64,000 nt of DNA from Macrostomum lignano. Taxonomy: Eukaryota. The notes below the pieces were generated by a model. It had not been told where the DNA came from. It worked only from the letters and a program-made list of their open reading frames with translations, and ran no database searches. Position 1 is the stretch's first letter. The number at the start of each line of letters is the position of its first letter. Location: positions 51,760-115,759 of the forward strand of contig NIVC01002773.1 in NCBI GenBank assembly GCA_002269645.1, written 5' to 3'. This document shows, piece by piece, positions 1 through 13,900 of this stretch. Position numbers and translations under genes: made by a program.

Positions 1-3000
1 GATGGCGTTCCAGGAGGCTCTAGAGAGTTCAAGAACTCAATTGGAAACTCCACAGCATTGTCATCAGTCATTGTTGTGTCAATTGATTTGTAGCTGGTGG
101 TATTGCCAGGCAGCTCATTGAGCAGCTGAGAGTTGATACCATTAGCTGCGTCATTCCTGGGACACAAAATGGCTCTCTCTGACAGCCAGTTAATGTCAGA
201 AAATTTGTGCGACAGGTTTAGGTAAACCTTAGCCTTGAGCTCCTGCACAGAAGAGACGATTGTACCGAATGCAGCAATTGGTGACAGCCCATCCTCAGGG
301 CTGACCTCCAGTTGGCCATCACCAATTCGCAAAAGATTGATAGAAAACTGATGAGCCGTTTCATCGCCATAAACTGCAGCCCTCATGTTGGTTCGCAAGT
401 GCAGCTTCTCAACTGATGGCCACAGATGCGAAGATTTGAGGCAGGCATTGATCTCATCGGCTGGGGTGCCGCGCGGAATTACAGGCAACGTCTGTCTAAA
501 GTCTCCAGACAGCAGCAGGGTGACACCACCCATTAGCTGGTTGTTGCCGCGCAGATCCTTCAGCGTCAGGTTAAGTGCTTCAAAAGCCAGTTTGTGGGAC
601 ATGGTACACTCATCCCAGACAATAAGCTTGCAGGCTTGCAATACTCTGGCAGTGCCGCTGTTCTTCTTGATGTTGCACAGGGGATTTTCAACTCTTGACA
701 GATCAAGTGGCAATTTTAGTGCTGAGTGAGCAGTGCGACCACCTGGAAGTAGCGTGGCTGCGATTCCAGAGGAAGCGACAGCAATTGCAATATCGCCTCC
801 GTGTCTAACCTTTGACAGAAGGAGGTTAATCAGAAAAGTTTTTCCTGTCCCACCTGGAGCATCCAGGAAAAGTATTCCTCCTACATTGTCATTCACTCTT
901 CGCAGTACCTCTTGGTACGCCTCTGCCTGCTCAGGTAGTAGGCGGGGCTCATTTTCCTCAATGAACTGACGGAGCTGCTCGCGATCAAAGCTAGTTTCTC
1001 GCAGCATCTCCCTACTCAAATTCTCTTGTCGACGCCTTGCAGGTGTTGGAAGTCCAAAAATGTGCAAAGGACGATCCGTCAGTTCTAAAACCTTGTCCTC
1101 AATGCGCAGCAAGGCCTCGTTGAATACTGCCTCTGTGAAGGGCAATTCCTGCTCCTGTACCGACTGTCGCGCCCGATGGAGAATGTCCTCAGCCATATCT
1201 TCCTTGAAGTCTTCCCAAAGCTGAAGAGGATTAGAGAGACCACAGGTGGCAATCAGAATAGCAAAGAGGTCTCGCATTTGGCCTGCTGAGCGCACCACAG
1301 ATGCTTCTTGCATTGTGCTTCTCCACTGCGCGTCGTCTTCTAGTAGCCCCATTCGATGACACGCTTCTTGATAAGTTAAGCAGATCGACCTTCTACCGTC
1401 TTGATGTGCTGGAATGACATCGGGCCAACTACATTGTGTAGTAGCATGCGCAGGTAAAAACACTCGCGATGATTTGGGTGCACCGTGTAGACTCTGGACA
1501 GTGCATCTGTTTGCCGCATTCCTGGATGACCTGGAACTGCAGCACCTTGAACTCGTCGTTTCCAACTTTTCGAAGAGGCATTCCACGTGTAGTATGTGGG
1601 TACCTGAGGGTATAGCAAGGTTCTGGCATAGGCATCTTCAGCGCACAACTTAAAAAAGGCAGTGAGTGTAGTGTCCGGTGGTCGCTGACCTCGCTGCATC
1701 ATGTTTTCCTCGGTGAAGTACACTCTTTGACCATTCTCCAGGTGCACGCTTAGGTGCACTACGGTTGGGTGGCGTTCATGAATTGAGAAACCAAAAATTC
1801 GCCACATTGCTTCATTTGAGCTGATGTACCGTCCACTCTCGTAGCGAGCCACCTCATCGCGCTCAGCCCCTTGCCTTTCAAGGCCAAACACTGCCTGGTC
1901 GCTGCCCTTGTTGACATACTTGCAAATGTACTTGATTGACTTGACTGAGTTGCAGTATTCAACATTGATGTGTGCGTTGAACACTTTTGACAGGAGTGGG
2001 CAATAGGGAACGACCCACCTGTTGTCCAAATTGACCTCCTCAGTCTGTCCATTTGCACGTAGGATTATTGGAAAGGTGAAGCCACCGTCCTCAGGTGACC
2101 TTCTTCGATACAACGGGTATCCATCTTCGCCGGTCACTGTCTCGCACAGCAGAGCCTTGGGAAATTTCTTGGAGCAATGGCCATCTACCATGCAAGGCGA
2201 ATCTGGCTTCAGACGGCCGCATGGTCCATGAATCATCTGCCTAGTGACGATTTGGTACAGCTGAGGGTCCTCGTCTGGATCAGGAATCTCAGCTCGGATA
2301 ACGCTATCAATTTGATTCGGCCTAATCCGGTTCCGTAGCCAAATCAGAATATGCGCGTGTGGCAGTCCCCGTTTCTGCCATTCGATCGTGTACATGTCGC
2401 ATCTAGTAGGCCCAAAGATAGCTCCTTTGGTAATGAATTCCATCAGTTGTTTTAATTTTAGTTGAAAAACTCGGGCCACTAAGTTGTGTCTATCCTGACT
2501 TTGCTGTCCCGGCATGAGCTCTGATTTAAGCTCATTCCATGCACTGTTGCAGGTGAAAGTAATAAAGAGGTCGGGGCGACCGTACTTTCTTACGTAAGTC
2601 ATGGCGTCTTGTGTCCGCTCATGCATGTAGCGTGGGCCACCAGTAAATGAAGAGGGCAGAATAACCATTTGGCCAATTTCATTCGGATTTCTCTCTCCGG
2701 CAATAGCGTCTCGAAGATGAATGTACTCTTCTACTCTAAGCTTCTTTTGGTTAAAGCGGATGAAATTCAGTCGCTTGCACTCAATTTTAGCATACATGTC
2801 CACAGAAAACTGCAGCAGTAGCTTTCGACACCGGAGAATGCAGTTGAAACTTCCTTCACGAACCATGAGCCGATAAGCGTAGAAGTCCATTGCTGACACT
2901 TTCTTTGTGGCTGATGGATTTCCGGTGCGAATGTCAGTCTGTTGGATATCGAAATGATATCCGTCTTCGCCTTCCCAGAAAATAAGAGGGTACTGCAGAG

Positions 3001-4846
3001 CATCATACCCCCTGTGCATCTCAGATATCCTGGTTAACTGGTTGCTTCGCAGTTCCAAAACAATGTCTCGCTTTTCAAACTGTTGACCAACAATTTGAAT
3101 GGCAACGTTGTCAACAACAGGTGCATTGAATCTTCTTTCGTGTTGGCCAGCAGGCGTCTTTGTTGCGTGAATGACAACTCGAAGTTCCTCTACATTTGGA
3201 GGTAGCCGCTCCATAGCAGTTTTAAAATCGCGCACGTACTTGTTATGCGCATGCATAATTTCCTGTAGCTCGAAAACAATGTTAGGTCGCACACCTGGAG
3301 CAATCCTACATTGGCGCTCAACTTCTTCGTGGCTGTCTCCCATGAAGTAGATCTGCAGGAACTTTGGCTCCTCTCCTTGCAGCGGCAGCAACGATCCCAC
3401 CAGATGGTACACCTGCCCTTGGACTTTAAAAGTAGGCATGAAGCCTGGCTCTTCAACTATTCTTTCAGCTCCAAAAGAAGTGAACTGAAAACAGCTATTG
3501 TAGCGTCGAATGTTGGACAGAAAATGATCCGATTCCTCAGAGTTACCCAGCAACAAATGGCGAAGATAGTCTGGTAGATTCTCATTCAGAGGAGTGAGTC
3601 TGACTTTTCCATTGCTACAACACATGCCAGGTATCTCATTTGCCCACCTCAACGCATTGCAATGCTGACATTTCTTCGACATTCTTTCGATAGCAAGCTT
3701 TGGGTGGCTGCTATAAACAAAAGTAGGATCATAATTTAGAGCAAAGCTTAGGGCCCAAGGAGGTGGTCCAATTGCTTGCTCAGATTCGTCGTGGGCAACG
3801 TCTTGCTCAATAAATCGATAGGCCGCAGTGCGTTCTCTGTGGCGTCTTCGATCGTCTTCACGGCGCACTCCAGCTTCACCCGTCGTTTCATTACGTCGTG
3901 CCTCTGCGGTCTGATCTCTGTCCCGCTCCTGTCGTTGCTGAGTCTGGACAGTCGTTTCATTGCGTCGTGCCTCTGCGGTCTGATCTCTGTTACGTTCCTG
4001 CCGCTGCTGAGTCTGAACAGTCGTTTCATTGCGTCGTGCCTCTGCGGTCTGATCTCTGTCCCGTTCCTGTCATTGCTGAGTCTGGATAGTCGTTTCATTG
4101 CGTCGTGCCTCTGCGGTCTGATCTCTGTCCCGTTCCTGTCGCTGCTGAGTCTGGATAGTCGTTTCATTGCGTCGTGCCTCTGCGGTCTGATCTCTGTCCC
4201 GTTCCTGTCGTTGCTGAGTCTGGATAGTCGTTTCATTGCGTCGTGCCTCTGCGGTCTGATCTCTGTCCCGTTCCTGTCGTTGCTGAGTCTGGATAGTCGT
4301 TTCATTGCGTCGTGCCTCTGCGGTCTGATCTCTGTCCCGTTCCTGTCGTTGCTGAGTCTGGACAGTCGTTTCATTGCGTCGTGCCTTTGCGGTCTGATCT
4401 CTGTTACGTTCCTGCCGCTGCTGAGTCTGAACAGTCGTTTCATTGCGTCGTGCCTCTGCGGTCTGATCTCTGTCCCGTTCCTTTTGTTGCTGAGTTTGAA
4501 CAGTCGGTTCATTGCGTCGTGCCTCCGCTGTTTGCTGTCTTTTTTGTTCACGTCGTTTTTCTTCCCAATTTGCAGCCCTGAGAGGAACCTGTGTACCTCC
4601 AGTTCCATCGGAAGTGCTGGCGCCGGCTGCTGATGTCAATGATCTTGTCGGTGGTCGAAGGCTTCTTTTCTGGGCTTGTTCTTCTACCGCACTTGCACTC
4701 GATCTAGCCTGGGCAGAGCTACCTGTGTTGTCTGCTTCCTCTGTGCCATGCGATGTTCCTGCTTCAGCCGCATTGCTTTGCCTTGCAGATCTCAATCGTC
4801 TAGCTGCTGCAGTGAAACGACCCAATGCGCTTTTCTTTGGAGGCAT
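1..4846 (-). pseudogene. Helitron Rep/PIF1-helicase (RepHel) ORF with two lesions
   Basis: ORFs 4070-4846 and 1376-3868 are in the same frame, separated by a TGA at 4070-4072 where other repeat units have CGA. HUH Rep motifs: DLFITFTCN, IEWQKRGLPHAHILIW, YICKYVNKG. A 1-nt frameshift near 1380 leads into TYQEAC...LLEDD, then PIF1 motifs DAPGGTGKT (~840-870), IVWDE, GDFRQTLPV and EFLNSLEPPGTP at the window edge. Confidence 0.93.
3885..4520 (-). repeat. 69-bp in-frame tandem repeat (~9 copies, QTQQRQERDRDQTAEARRNETTI/V) in the RepHel N-terminus
   Basis: Direct reading: unit cgtttcattgcgtcgtgcctctgcggtctgatctctgtcccgttcctgtcgttgctgagtctggatagt, 23 codons. Confidence 0.95.
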
Positions 4847-7776
4847 TTTAATTTTTAAGTGCCTTTAAATAGGACTTAGTGTTACAAATTCCATTTTGTG
4901 TGATTAATTCAGGAATCAGGATTGCATCGTATCGCTTTTTGTACCACAGTACAACTATGCTAGTCTTATCGATTGCCATCTTCCTCATCCACTGCTAAAC
5001 TGTAGGGTTAGACTTAGACCTGTACGAATTGTAGGACAGGGATTAGCAGGGACGGATTTAGGGAGGAGGGCGAAGCGCGCAACCCCGGTCAGTTTTGTGT
5101 ATCCCAGATAAAAGATGTGTGCATTCCCCCATCGGAAATTTCTCTATCCGCTCCTGGGGGTTAGAATTTCTCACCAAACTGTCCTTCGCTATTGATCTGT
5201 GCCTCCAAACATGGTCCGCGCTTTCGTCCCCTTTGGAGCCAGCGGAGGCGACTCCCTACTGGGGGTAAATGGGCCATATCTTCCCTACCAAGGAACTATC
5301 CGCGGCAGCCCAGCCTATCTGTAGCCTAGCCAGCAGTGTCCCTTGGGCATGCAGGGAAGGCCAAAAATAATGCCATTCCAGTACAGTGCAGTGTACACTA
5401 AGCCCTACCCCCTGTTCTGGGGGAATGAGTGCGTGAGCGGCCTTTCTCATCCAAGCTGTTGAACTTGCAGAGTTAGGCCTACACAGATGAAGGAGAGAGA
5501 TGTAGAAAATGTCAGTAGAAAATATCAGAATTAGGACAGTGGTTAGAATTTCTCGCTAAACTGCCATCCCATAGTCTCTTCACTGGGGCAGAGAGAATCC
5601 AAGTTGTTCGATCGAAACACTGTACATTGTTGCGTGCACACTGACCCTGGTATGGGGAAATGAGTGAGAGGCTTGCTCTCCTTCTGCTGTACTGTACTGC
5701 ACTCAATCTGGCATTTAAATTTTTTTATTTTAAGTGGCTTTAAGTAAAACTTAATAAGAAATGTTAAAATTTGTATGTTTTGTGACTTATTCAGTAGAAC
5801 TATATCTATATCGCTTTTTTCAGAGATTTTTTGATCAATTTTGTCAAGTGTGAATTCAATCGCTTCATGTGGAGCAAACTTATAACAGCCGAAAGTTAGT
5901 CTATTTTAAAAGCTTTTCCACATCTCGCCAGATAAGGGAGAGAGAGGCGGAAGTTGGGGTGGCTGCCTCTCCTGCTGCTCATATTCTCTGCTCTCCTTAA
6001 CACCCTCGTCTCTCGCGTTATCTTCTATCGTTTCTCTTCCCCCCTCTCGCCCCTACTCTCTGTCTAATAGTCTATTCCTTTTCCTTTTCACTCTCATCTG
6101 GCCCACAGCGCAGCCATTTGAGATAAAAATCTACCGATCCCTGCTTCAAAAGCCAGTTTGTGGGACGTAGTACTCGCATGGCTGTTATCATGTCTCATGC
6201 TTTAATCACATCATCTTTCTGGCCAATTAGCAGCCCTTGAGAGAAATTTGTGTATCTCCAGCTCCACCACCAAAGTCTGCACTCTGCAGCAGTCAAACAA
6301 CCAAGGGAAATATGCATTTCCTAGGAGCCATTTAAATTTTAAAGTTACCTTATGCGAATTTTAATGTTAAAAGCTTCATGCTCTAACTAACTAATTTAGT
6401 AGAATTGCATTGTAATCAGTTGCTAGTTATTCATTCATTTCAAACCCTCCCACATTGTCTTGACTCTTGATTTGCCATCCACTGTTAAACTATTGCAGAC
6501 TTGTCTATACAGAGGACAGTGGTTTGAATCTCTCGCTTACACTGTCTCTCCTCTCCACGGCCACGCCTCTCCCTCTCCACTCGCGGGGGTGCAGAGAAGG
6601 CTATTAAAAAGTTATTCCAAAACACTGTACATTCGCTATGTACATTGAGCCCTATCGCCTGACCCTTCGTCTGGGCTGGGGGAATGAGTGAGTGAGCGGC
6701 ACAAACAACAGAAAAAGCAGAGTGCAGACAAACTTCACATGCCTATAGTTTCCGTCCTGATTGAGATACAAAGTTGAGACTTTACATTTAGACAGAGAAT
6801 GAGTCAATAAAGAATTGTGTCAAGTCTGAAGTCAATCGCTTCACGTGGAGCAAACTTATGGCAGCTGAAAGTTAGTCATTTTAAAACCTATTTACACCCT
6901 TTGCCCAGATCGGGAAAGAGAGGCAGGCGGGCGGAGGTTGGGGTGGCTGCCACGCTGAAAAAAACAGCCAAACTTTAAAAGTGCACAGCGCCGTTCGGGA
7001 TCAACTTTGAGACTTAAAACTTTACACGATTGTGTCAAAATAGTTGAAGATTGTTTGTGTCAAATTTGAAGAGGATCGGTAGAAGTGGGGCGGCGCTATG
7101 GAGGATTTAGTAAAAAAATCGCTAATTTTGAGCAGTTTTTTGCACTTTTAGGTAGGAAGACTCAAATTTAGGAAATTAAAAGATAGCCTAAGACATTCTC
7201 CGTAGTGAGTTTAGGGTGGGTGTAAAATTTGGTGTTAGTTGGTTGAGCGGTTTGGGAGTCCATAGCGATCAAAATTGTCCACAGACACACAGACAGACAG
7301 ACAGACAGACACACAGACAGAGTTTTGATTTTTATAGTTAGAGATAAATTGTAACTTTACTGGTTTTGCTTTTGTGTACATCTCTTACTTTTATATACTT
7401 CATTATACTGTACATCAAAAACCATAGTAACACATAGTTCACAAATAAAAAAGTTGACAAGTTAATCCGGCTCCAATCTTGGCATATACTAGCCATATAT
7501 AATTTTCAGATTCAATATTAAATGTGCACAGTTGGTATACCAAAAATATTCAAGTTTAGGATTAGTGTATATAAGTATAAAATAATTAAATATCAACTAA
7601 AGAAAGCCCTTTTAAAAATAATCCGAAACAAAAATAAAAGAACATTAGTGCATTAAGCCACAAAAAGGCATTCAAATAAAAAATTTAAATGTTAAAAGCA
7701 CAAAAAAATCTTTATTTTTTTGCATACCAAAACCCCCTCCCACTTCATTCTTTAACTCAAGCCTGCTGTGGCATAG

Positions 7777-7885
7777 CAAGTTGTATCACTTGCAAAAATT
7801 AAGACTTCACCTGAACTCTCAAAAGTGGCAACCATAGACAGAATCTTCTATGATAGCAACTTTTCAATGTTGCTGAGTATATAAG
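7777..7885. repeat. Dispersed repeat copy, related to 42341-42445 and partly to ~44425-44455
   Basis: Aligns by eye with caagttgcgtcacttgcaaag...ggcgacttttcgatgttgctgag at 42341-42445. Confidence 0.8.
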
Positions 7886-9694
7886 CATACTACAACATTA
7901 AGCCCCCAATGATGGGTATTTAAATTAAAAATTCAAACATTAAAAACATTAAAAATTGTTTTTTGGGATATTTGACCTACTTCTAATTGGTATAAATTTT
8001 ATATATCAATTTGCCAAATCAGTGGTACAACCAGGGAGAAGGGGCAAAGGGGGGAGGGATAGTCACCCTTGCCCCTTTAAGTGGAGACTAGAAAAAAATT
8101 AAAAGGAGGACCAAGCAAATTTTTGCCAAAAACAGAGCCACCCCTCTGCCCTCCTACTCTTGGGTCTCCAGTCTTTACTCTCCAGAATCTGTCCCCCTCA
8201 AAAAATTTCTGCAATTTTCTGGTTAATGCTACTGTACTAAATGAATCTAAATTAATTGGGCCCATTACTACCCTTATCTATATTTACACCACCTAGTTTT
8301 TTATTGATAAAAAATAAACAAACAAGATTAGAGCCATTTAGGGGGTTGATAAATTTTAGCCCAACTTTTTAACCCCATATGCAACCACTATTATCATTAT
8401 CAATCATCTATCAAGCTAGTTGGTAAATGATAATAAAATTTAATTAATATTACAATAAAATTTCAAGCCTGCAGCGTTATAAAACTCTTTAGCTTTATTG
8501 TGAATATACATTCTACACTGTACATTGGCCAAAGAGAGGCCTAAATTGTTGAATAGAACAATTAAACTTAGAAACAGAGTGGTACCCATTGAAAGTATTA
8601 AAAATATCTTTTTCAATATTTGACCTATTTCATTCAAACTTTTTCTGACAAAAAGTAGGCTAGACAATTCTAAAAATATCAATGACAGACAAACAGAGCA
8701 AAATTAGTAAATAAATATAATGCAATTTTTAAAAAAAATTAAATTTAAACAAATAATAATATTTTTTCGCAAAAAACAGACATTTATAATTAGTTAAAAC
8801 TCTTATATTCCTAAAAAAATATGTATAGTATTATTTTTAAAAGTTGGAATATAACATTGCCAATTGACGTCATTTGACTCGGTGGTACGAATTCAAATGT
8901 GAAAATAATTTACCGAACTCGGAAGTGTAGGATTGCCGCAACTTTATTTTACTCTACTAAGCATGAAAGATTTTTTTATTTTACATTGCTGCAAAATTGA
9001 AAATGCTTGAATTTTTATTCCATCATAAGCCTGCCATGATATGGACTATGGCTTATATATTAAATACCATAGTTTGGATCATGTATTAGTATATGCCGGG
9101 TCCAGTGGGGGAACAAGTATAGGTCAGTTGTGCTTTTGATGCAGGCCTAGTGAGTTAGCTAATATTAATAAAATATTAATGTTTGTATTGGCATTTCTAC
9201 AATTCTTCAATTCTTAAATTCAATGAATACATACAAATAATAAATGTAGTAGCCTTACTAATGACTAGGCCTATGCCAGGTTGCGGATGGTATGCATGTA
9301 CGCCGGAACTTTTCCGGCGTACAAAACGGCCACCCTCAGTCCTTGGCGTACACAATCGGCGTACACAACCCCTGGCGCACTTTGTTGGCGTACACTATTG
9401 GCGTACACAAGTAACACAGCCACGCATACTTTTTTGGCGTACAAATTTTGGTGAATCAATTCATGCCGTGCATGAAAATTGTAATGTAAATTAATGTTTT
9501 TACGTTAAGTAAAGGAAAATTTATATCGTCAGTGATAAACTTTTTGCTTATTTTAAGTTAAAAAAAATAAAATTAGTGTAAAATTTTGCTGAAAGTATTA
9601 ACTTTGCATGATATTTTTTGTAGGTGTTATTTAAGTTTTTTTAAACTGACAATATTCGTAATATTTTAAAGACACTTTTCATACGAAAGCCTTT

Positions 9695-9730
9695 CCCAAG
9701 GACTTCTAGACTAGTCTAGAAGTCCTTGGG
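9695..9730. repeat. Perfect 36-bp palindrome
   Basis: cccaaggacttctagactagtctagaagtccttggg equals its own reverse complement. Confidence 0.95.
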
Positions 9731-10974
9731 CAGAATCCGGAACAGCAGCCAACGTGGTGGGTGCACACTGCACACTTTACCATTGACAAGGCACGTCCGG
9801 CTGCTGCACGAGTTCACTGCCCAGACTGTGCATGGGGTTAAAAACAGTTGTTAATCATATTTTACACTTGGTTTCGATACATGTAGGACCGCATAAGCAG
9901 ATTAATTAGTACAGGATCGGAAATGATCGCAGACCACACTATAGCTTTCGGATCTTTGAATCTAAGGCGACAGTACAACCCGCAGCAAAAGAAACAAGCA
10001 CGTCTGCAGTTGTGTTCATTTTATTTACCCAGCACACCTGCTGACAGAACCCTGAATCTGTATCATCAGTACCACTCTGTGTTTTTGATGCTGAACCCCA
10101 AATACGAATATGATCGATTGCGGACAACAAGACCAAAACCAAGTTTTCGTTTTTCGCACAGTCGGTTTAATAATGGAAGACACATTTTTCACAGAACTCT
10201 ACATTTTTCGGGTATATTATGAACATGTTTTTATATACAGGAACTTTTTAACTAACAAATTAATGTTTTAATTGAAGAAACTCGTTTTAATGGGACAAAA
10301 ACATGCAGGACAGGGCACCTATGTTTCACTGAAATGTTTAAGGATCACATTTCACATGTTTTTACAAGATTAAATCAATATTGTCGCTTTAATAACTGTC
10401 GCTACTTTGCTTGTATTGAACATTGATGCAGATCACTAATACACGCTGCTTACCAGTAAGAAGTAGACTGAGTAGCACCAGCTGCAGTAGGAAGGTGCAA
10501 AGCTTCAGCGGCATATCGTACTCGTATCGATTTATTTAGTTTATAATTTTCAGATGCAGACGCTATTAATCTATTCTTCCTTTTTAGAGTAAGACGAGGA
10601 TTTCCCCTTTTATCCCACTTTGCCTGTAGCTACGCCTTGTCTCTGTCGCTATAGTGCCTTGCTAGCGGAGATTCTCACTAAATAAACTACGATAGCATAT
10701 TTAATTAATAAAAAATTGTGCTATTCTAAGCCGGGAATGTGTTGTCTATGGTAATTTTTGGTGAGATTATTTGACAAAAACTAGGATATTATCACAGAAC
10801 TTATGATTTAGGACTTAGGATTTAGAGTTTGCACAAGTACTGCATTTGGAGTACAGTTACAATGTAATCGTCAGCACTCATCGAATTACACCTTAACTTA
10901 CTCCAAATCTTAATCTTAAACGTAGTTTAAAGTAAATGGTTTTTTCTGAAAAACTCAAACAGCCGATTGCCAGC

Positions 10975-13900
10975 CTGTTGAGCATCAAGGGAGGTACTCA
11001 CATTATAGACGTAGTCGTACCATGGCACTCTAAGCAAACGAGTCGACCCATTGTGCACAGAACTGAAAGCAAGCTGGCAGTCGTCCTCCGCTCCGAAATT
11101 CGCCAATTGGAGTGACGTCACATAATGCACCTCTTTGAATGAAATCTTGAGAATCTGCTGACTGGCATTGACCAGCTTCTCAACCGTGTAGTTGGCAGGT
11201 GAAATTGCGGCGCTAACTGCAATGACGGTTTCGGTAAAAAATATGCCGCTTTCATTATAACTGACTTTCTGAGCAAAATTTAAATTTGCTAGACGAGCGT
11301 TGATGTATATTATCTAATATATTCCGCATCAAGAAAAATTTGCCGCATCCAGTTCGACTTATAGAAGATAAAACTAATAATAGATATTATTATCGCATTA
11401 CTACTATTAGCAGCCATTGCCATTTTGGTGACGGGTGAGAACTATTTTCAACGAGACGCTACATGATTACAACGGAAAGGCTATAAAAGCTTTGCAGCAA
11501 GTTCCCAGGGCAGTAAGCATTGTCGTACACAATATTGTCCGGTATAGCCACTGAATTTATTTGCAAATCATTAAGCTACGCCCAATATACATTCAGCCTT
11601 GCAATGCGAGAAATTTCCATAAGCTTTGAAAGACAATAAAAAACTTTCATAAACTTTTCTGTCCACCTCTTCTAGCAGAATATGTTTGCGCGGCCTCATG
11701 GCCTGTCAGCCATCAGCGCAGCGCTCTGCCCCTGCAAAATTTTCTACTACACCTTTTCACGTTCAATTTTGATCAAAGTCCAGTTCTAAAAAAACTAGCG
11801 GAAATTCAATAAAAACAAACCCCAGTTCAAACATCTGTCTATACTGCCACCGAAGCAAGGTTTAGCCATAGACAAAATTGTCCCCAGTCTGAATTGAACT
11901 TCCGCTAGTTTTTTTAGAACTGGACTTTGATCAAAATTGAACGTGAAAAGGTGTAAACGGTATGGCTTTCTGCTAGGAAAATCATGCATCACAACCATGG
12001 ATCAAAACTCTACCCTGGCTTCATTTAGCTCGTATCTAACCCAGCCACAATTCAATATATTTGAGTCAGAAGTCTATATACTAAAATTTTACAGCAAACA
12101 ACGAAAATGATTTTTCAGTAGTCGCTTTCCAGTGAGTTTGGTTTTAAGAAGCGAGCATAGGTAGTTTTAATTTTTTTTATTAGCGAGCGAAGGTTGTGCG
12201 CAGAGACCATGGGGGATAAAATAATTCAAAACTACACACTTATGATTTTTTATGCTTTTTGATTTTGTATTTTTTAAAAGTCCAACACATTTCTCTTCAA
12301 TGAAGAAGTTGAGGCAAGATCATCATCTCGCTAATGACGCTGGTTCTTTACCCGAGTCTCTCCTTTCTGCATTTCGAAGTAGCTACCAAACTACTTCGAA
12401 GTCAAACGAAGTAGCCTCGTTCTGAGCTTTGACAATTCACTCTTGTTTCCCATTTTTCATATTTAATTCTTACAGACCAGCGCCAGCGGAACCTTCAAAA
12501 TGTCGAAATATTCTACTGGTGGCCTTTCGAATAGATAGGTTCTAAGACCTAAAATTAGAACTCTTTGTGACGTTGTCAGTTTAAGGTGGTCCCGAAAAGG
12601 GCCGTTGGACTGCTGTTCTCCATAGTCATTCAACCCTTCAGTTTCACCGTTTCAACTAAACTTTTCCATTCGTTTATTGCGACGTTTACTTGTAGTAGTG
12701 CCCAACGATTTTGTGGCAATTTATAATTCATTGTATACTTTGCTATCCTCTCTCGCAACCGTATAAAATTGGCACGATCGATAATTTTAAGTTCTCTCGC
12801 CAGCCAATGAAGTCACTCGTGCTCGCGCTACCCCCCTCTGCGCTCTTTTATTAAACCCCCCGCCTGGCGGCGGGCACCCCTCACGCTTTTTCGTCTCTCC
12901 CCGCCTGTCCCTTGTTTCCTTCCCTGCGGCCTCTTAGCTGTCTTATCTGTTTGTCTGGCTGCCTCGAGCCTCCTTTTTCTCACCACGGCCCTTCTGTCTG
13001 GGCCAGCCTGCTCACACACTTACTTGACTGTTTCACGCCACGACCGACGCCAACTTTCCCTGCCTTCACTGTGCTCATAGCCACTGCTCACGTCACGTCG
13101 CCATTGTGTCATTCGCCTGCCACTTGACTTCATATCCAAATTATATTCAACCCATTGCTGCAGCCGCCAGTGCCCAGAAAGCTATAGTCTGTTTATTGCC
13201 AGTAACAACCAAACTTAATACTGATATTAACAATAAAGACAACTACGGCAGTTCCTGCTTTTATCGCCAAGTGCTCCGCTACAAAATCCGCTTTACAAGA
13301 ATTGACTTCAACTTATTTTGGGACTAAAACGGCCCTTTTAAGGGTCACCGCATAGCTGGCCGCTACGCCAATAACGTGACATCTTAAGTTCTGTGCTGCT
13401 CTGGTTCTCGGCCTACCGATCAAGCAGTATGATGAGTCTACACTCTGTACCTTTCCTGAATAGATTCGCCATTAAATAGATAATAAGTCGGAAAAGATGA
13501 ATTACGATTGCATCCTCTCGACCAAAAGAGTATATTGGCTGTCCTTGAAAGTAAGGTTAAGGTAAAGATTTCCTCTGTCGCCCCTTCAAGCGACAGCGTG
13601 AAGGAGTGTGCTTTACGAGTACGCTTTACGTTTTTGCGATAAAAGCGAGCTAAAATATTTTTTTGTTTTTGCAATCAGCTCAGCTAGCAGTTCACGTAGA
13701 AACCTTTTGACCAAAGAACAAATTAATGAATCAAGCAATTTGTTAGCAATGCACTTACGATTTGAGTTTGGATACCCGAGCACCTCCAGCTTTAGGGTTA
13801 ATTGTGTCGCGAGTCGAACCTCGAAAAGTCGCGTTGACACATTCCGGTGCAGGTAGCCCACGGCCGGCATCGTTGACGATTGCGTTGGCTCGAAAGTCAC

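Larger units (their letters stand above)
1..7344 (-). mobile_element. Helitron (rolling-circle transposon), 5' end at 7344; 3' part runs off the window start
   Basis: Minus strand reads A|TCTCTAACTATAAAAATC at 7345/7344, matching the Helitron 5'-TC end inserted after A. A Rep/helicase ORF follows. A close relative of this 5' end lies at 59591-60573 on the plus strand. Confidence 0.85.

Noticed and set aside
3748-4633. ORFs 3748-4608 (-) and 3776-4633 (+)
   Set aside because: Alternative and antisense frames of the 69-bp repeat in the Helitron RepHel ORF.
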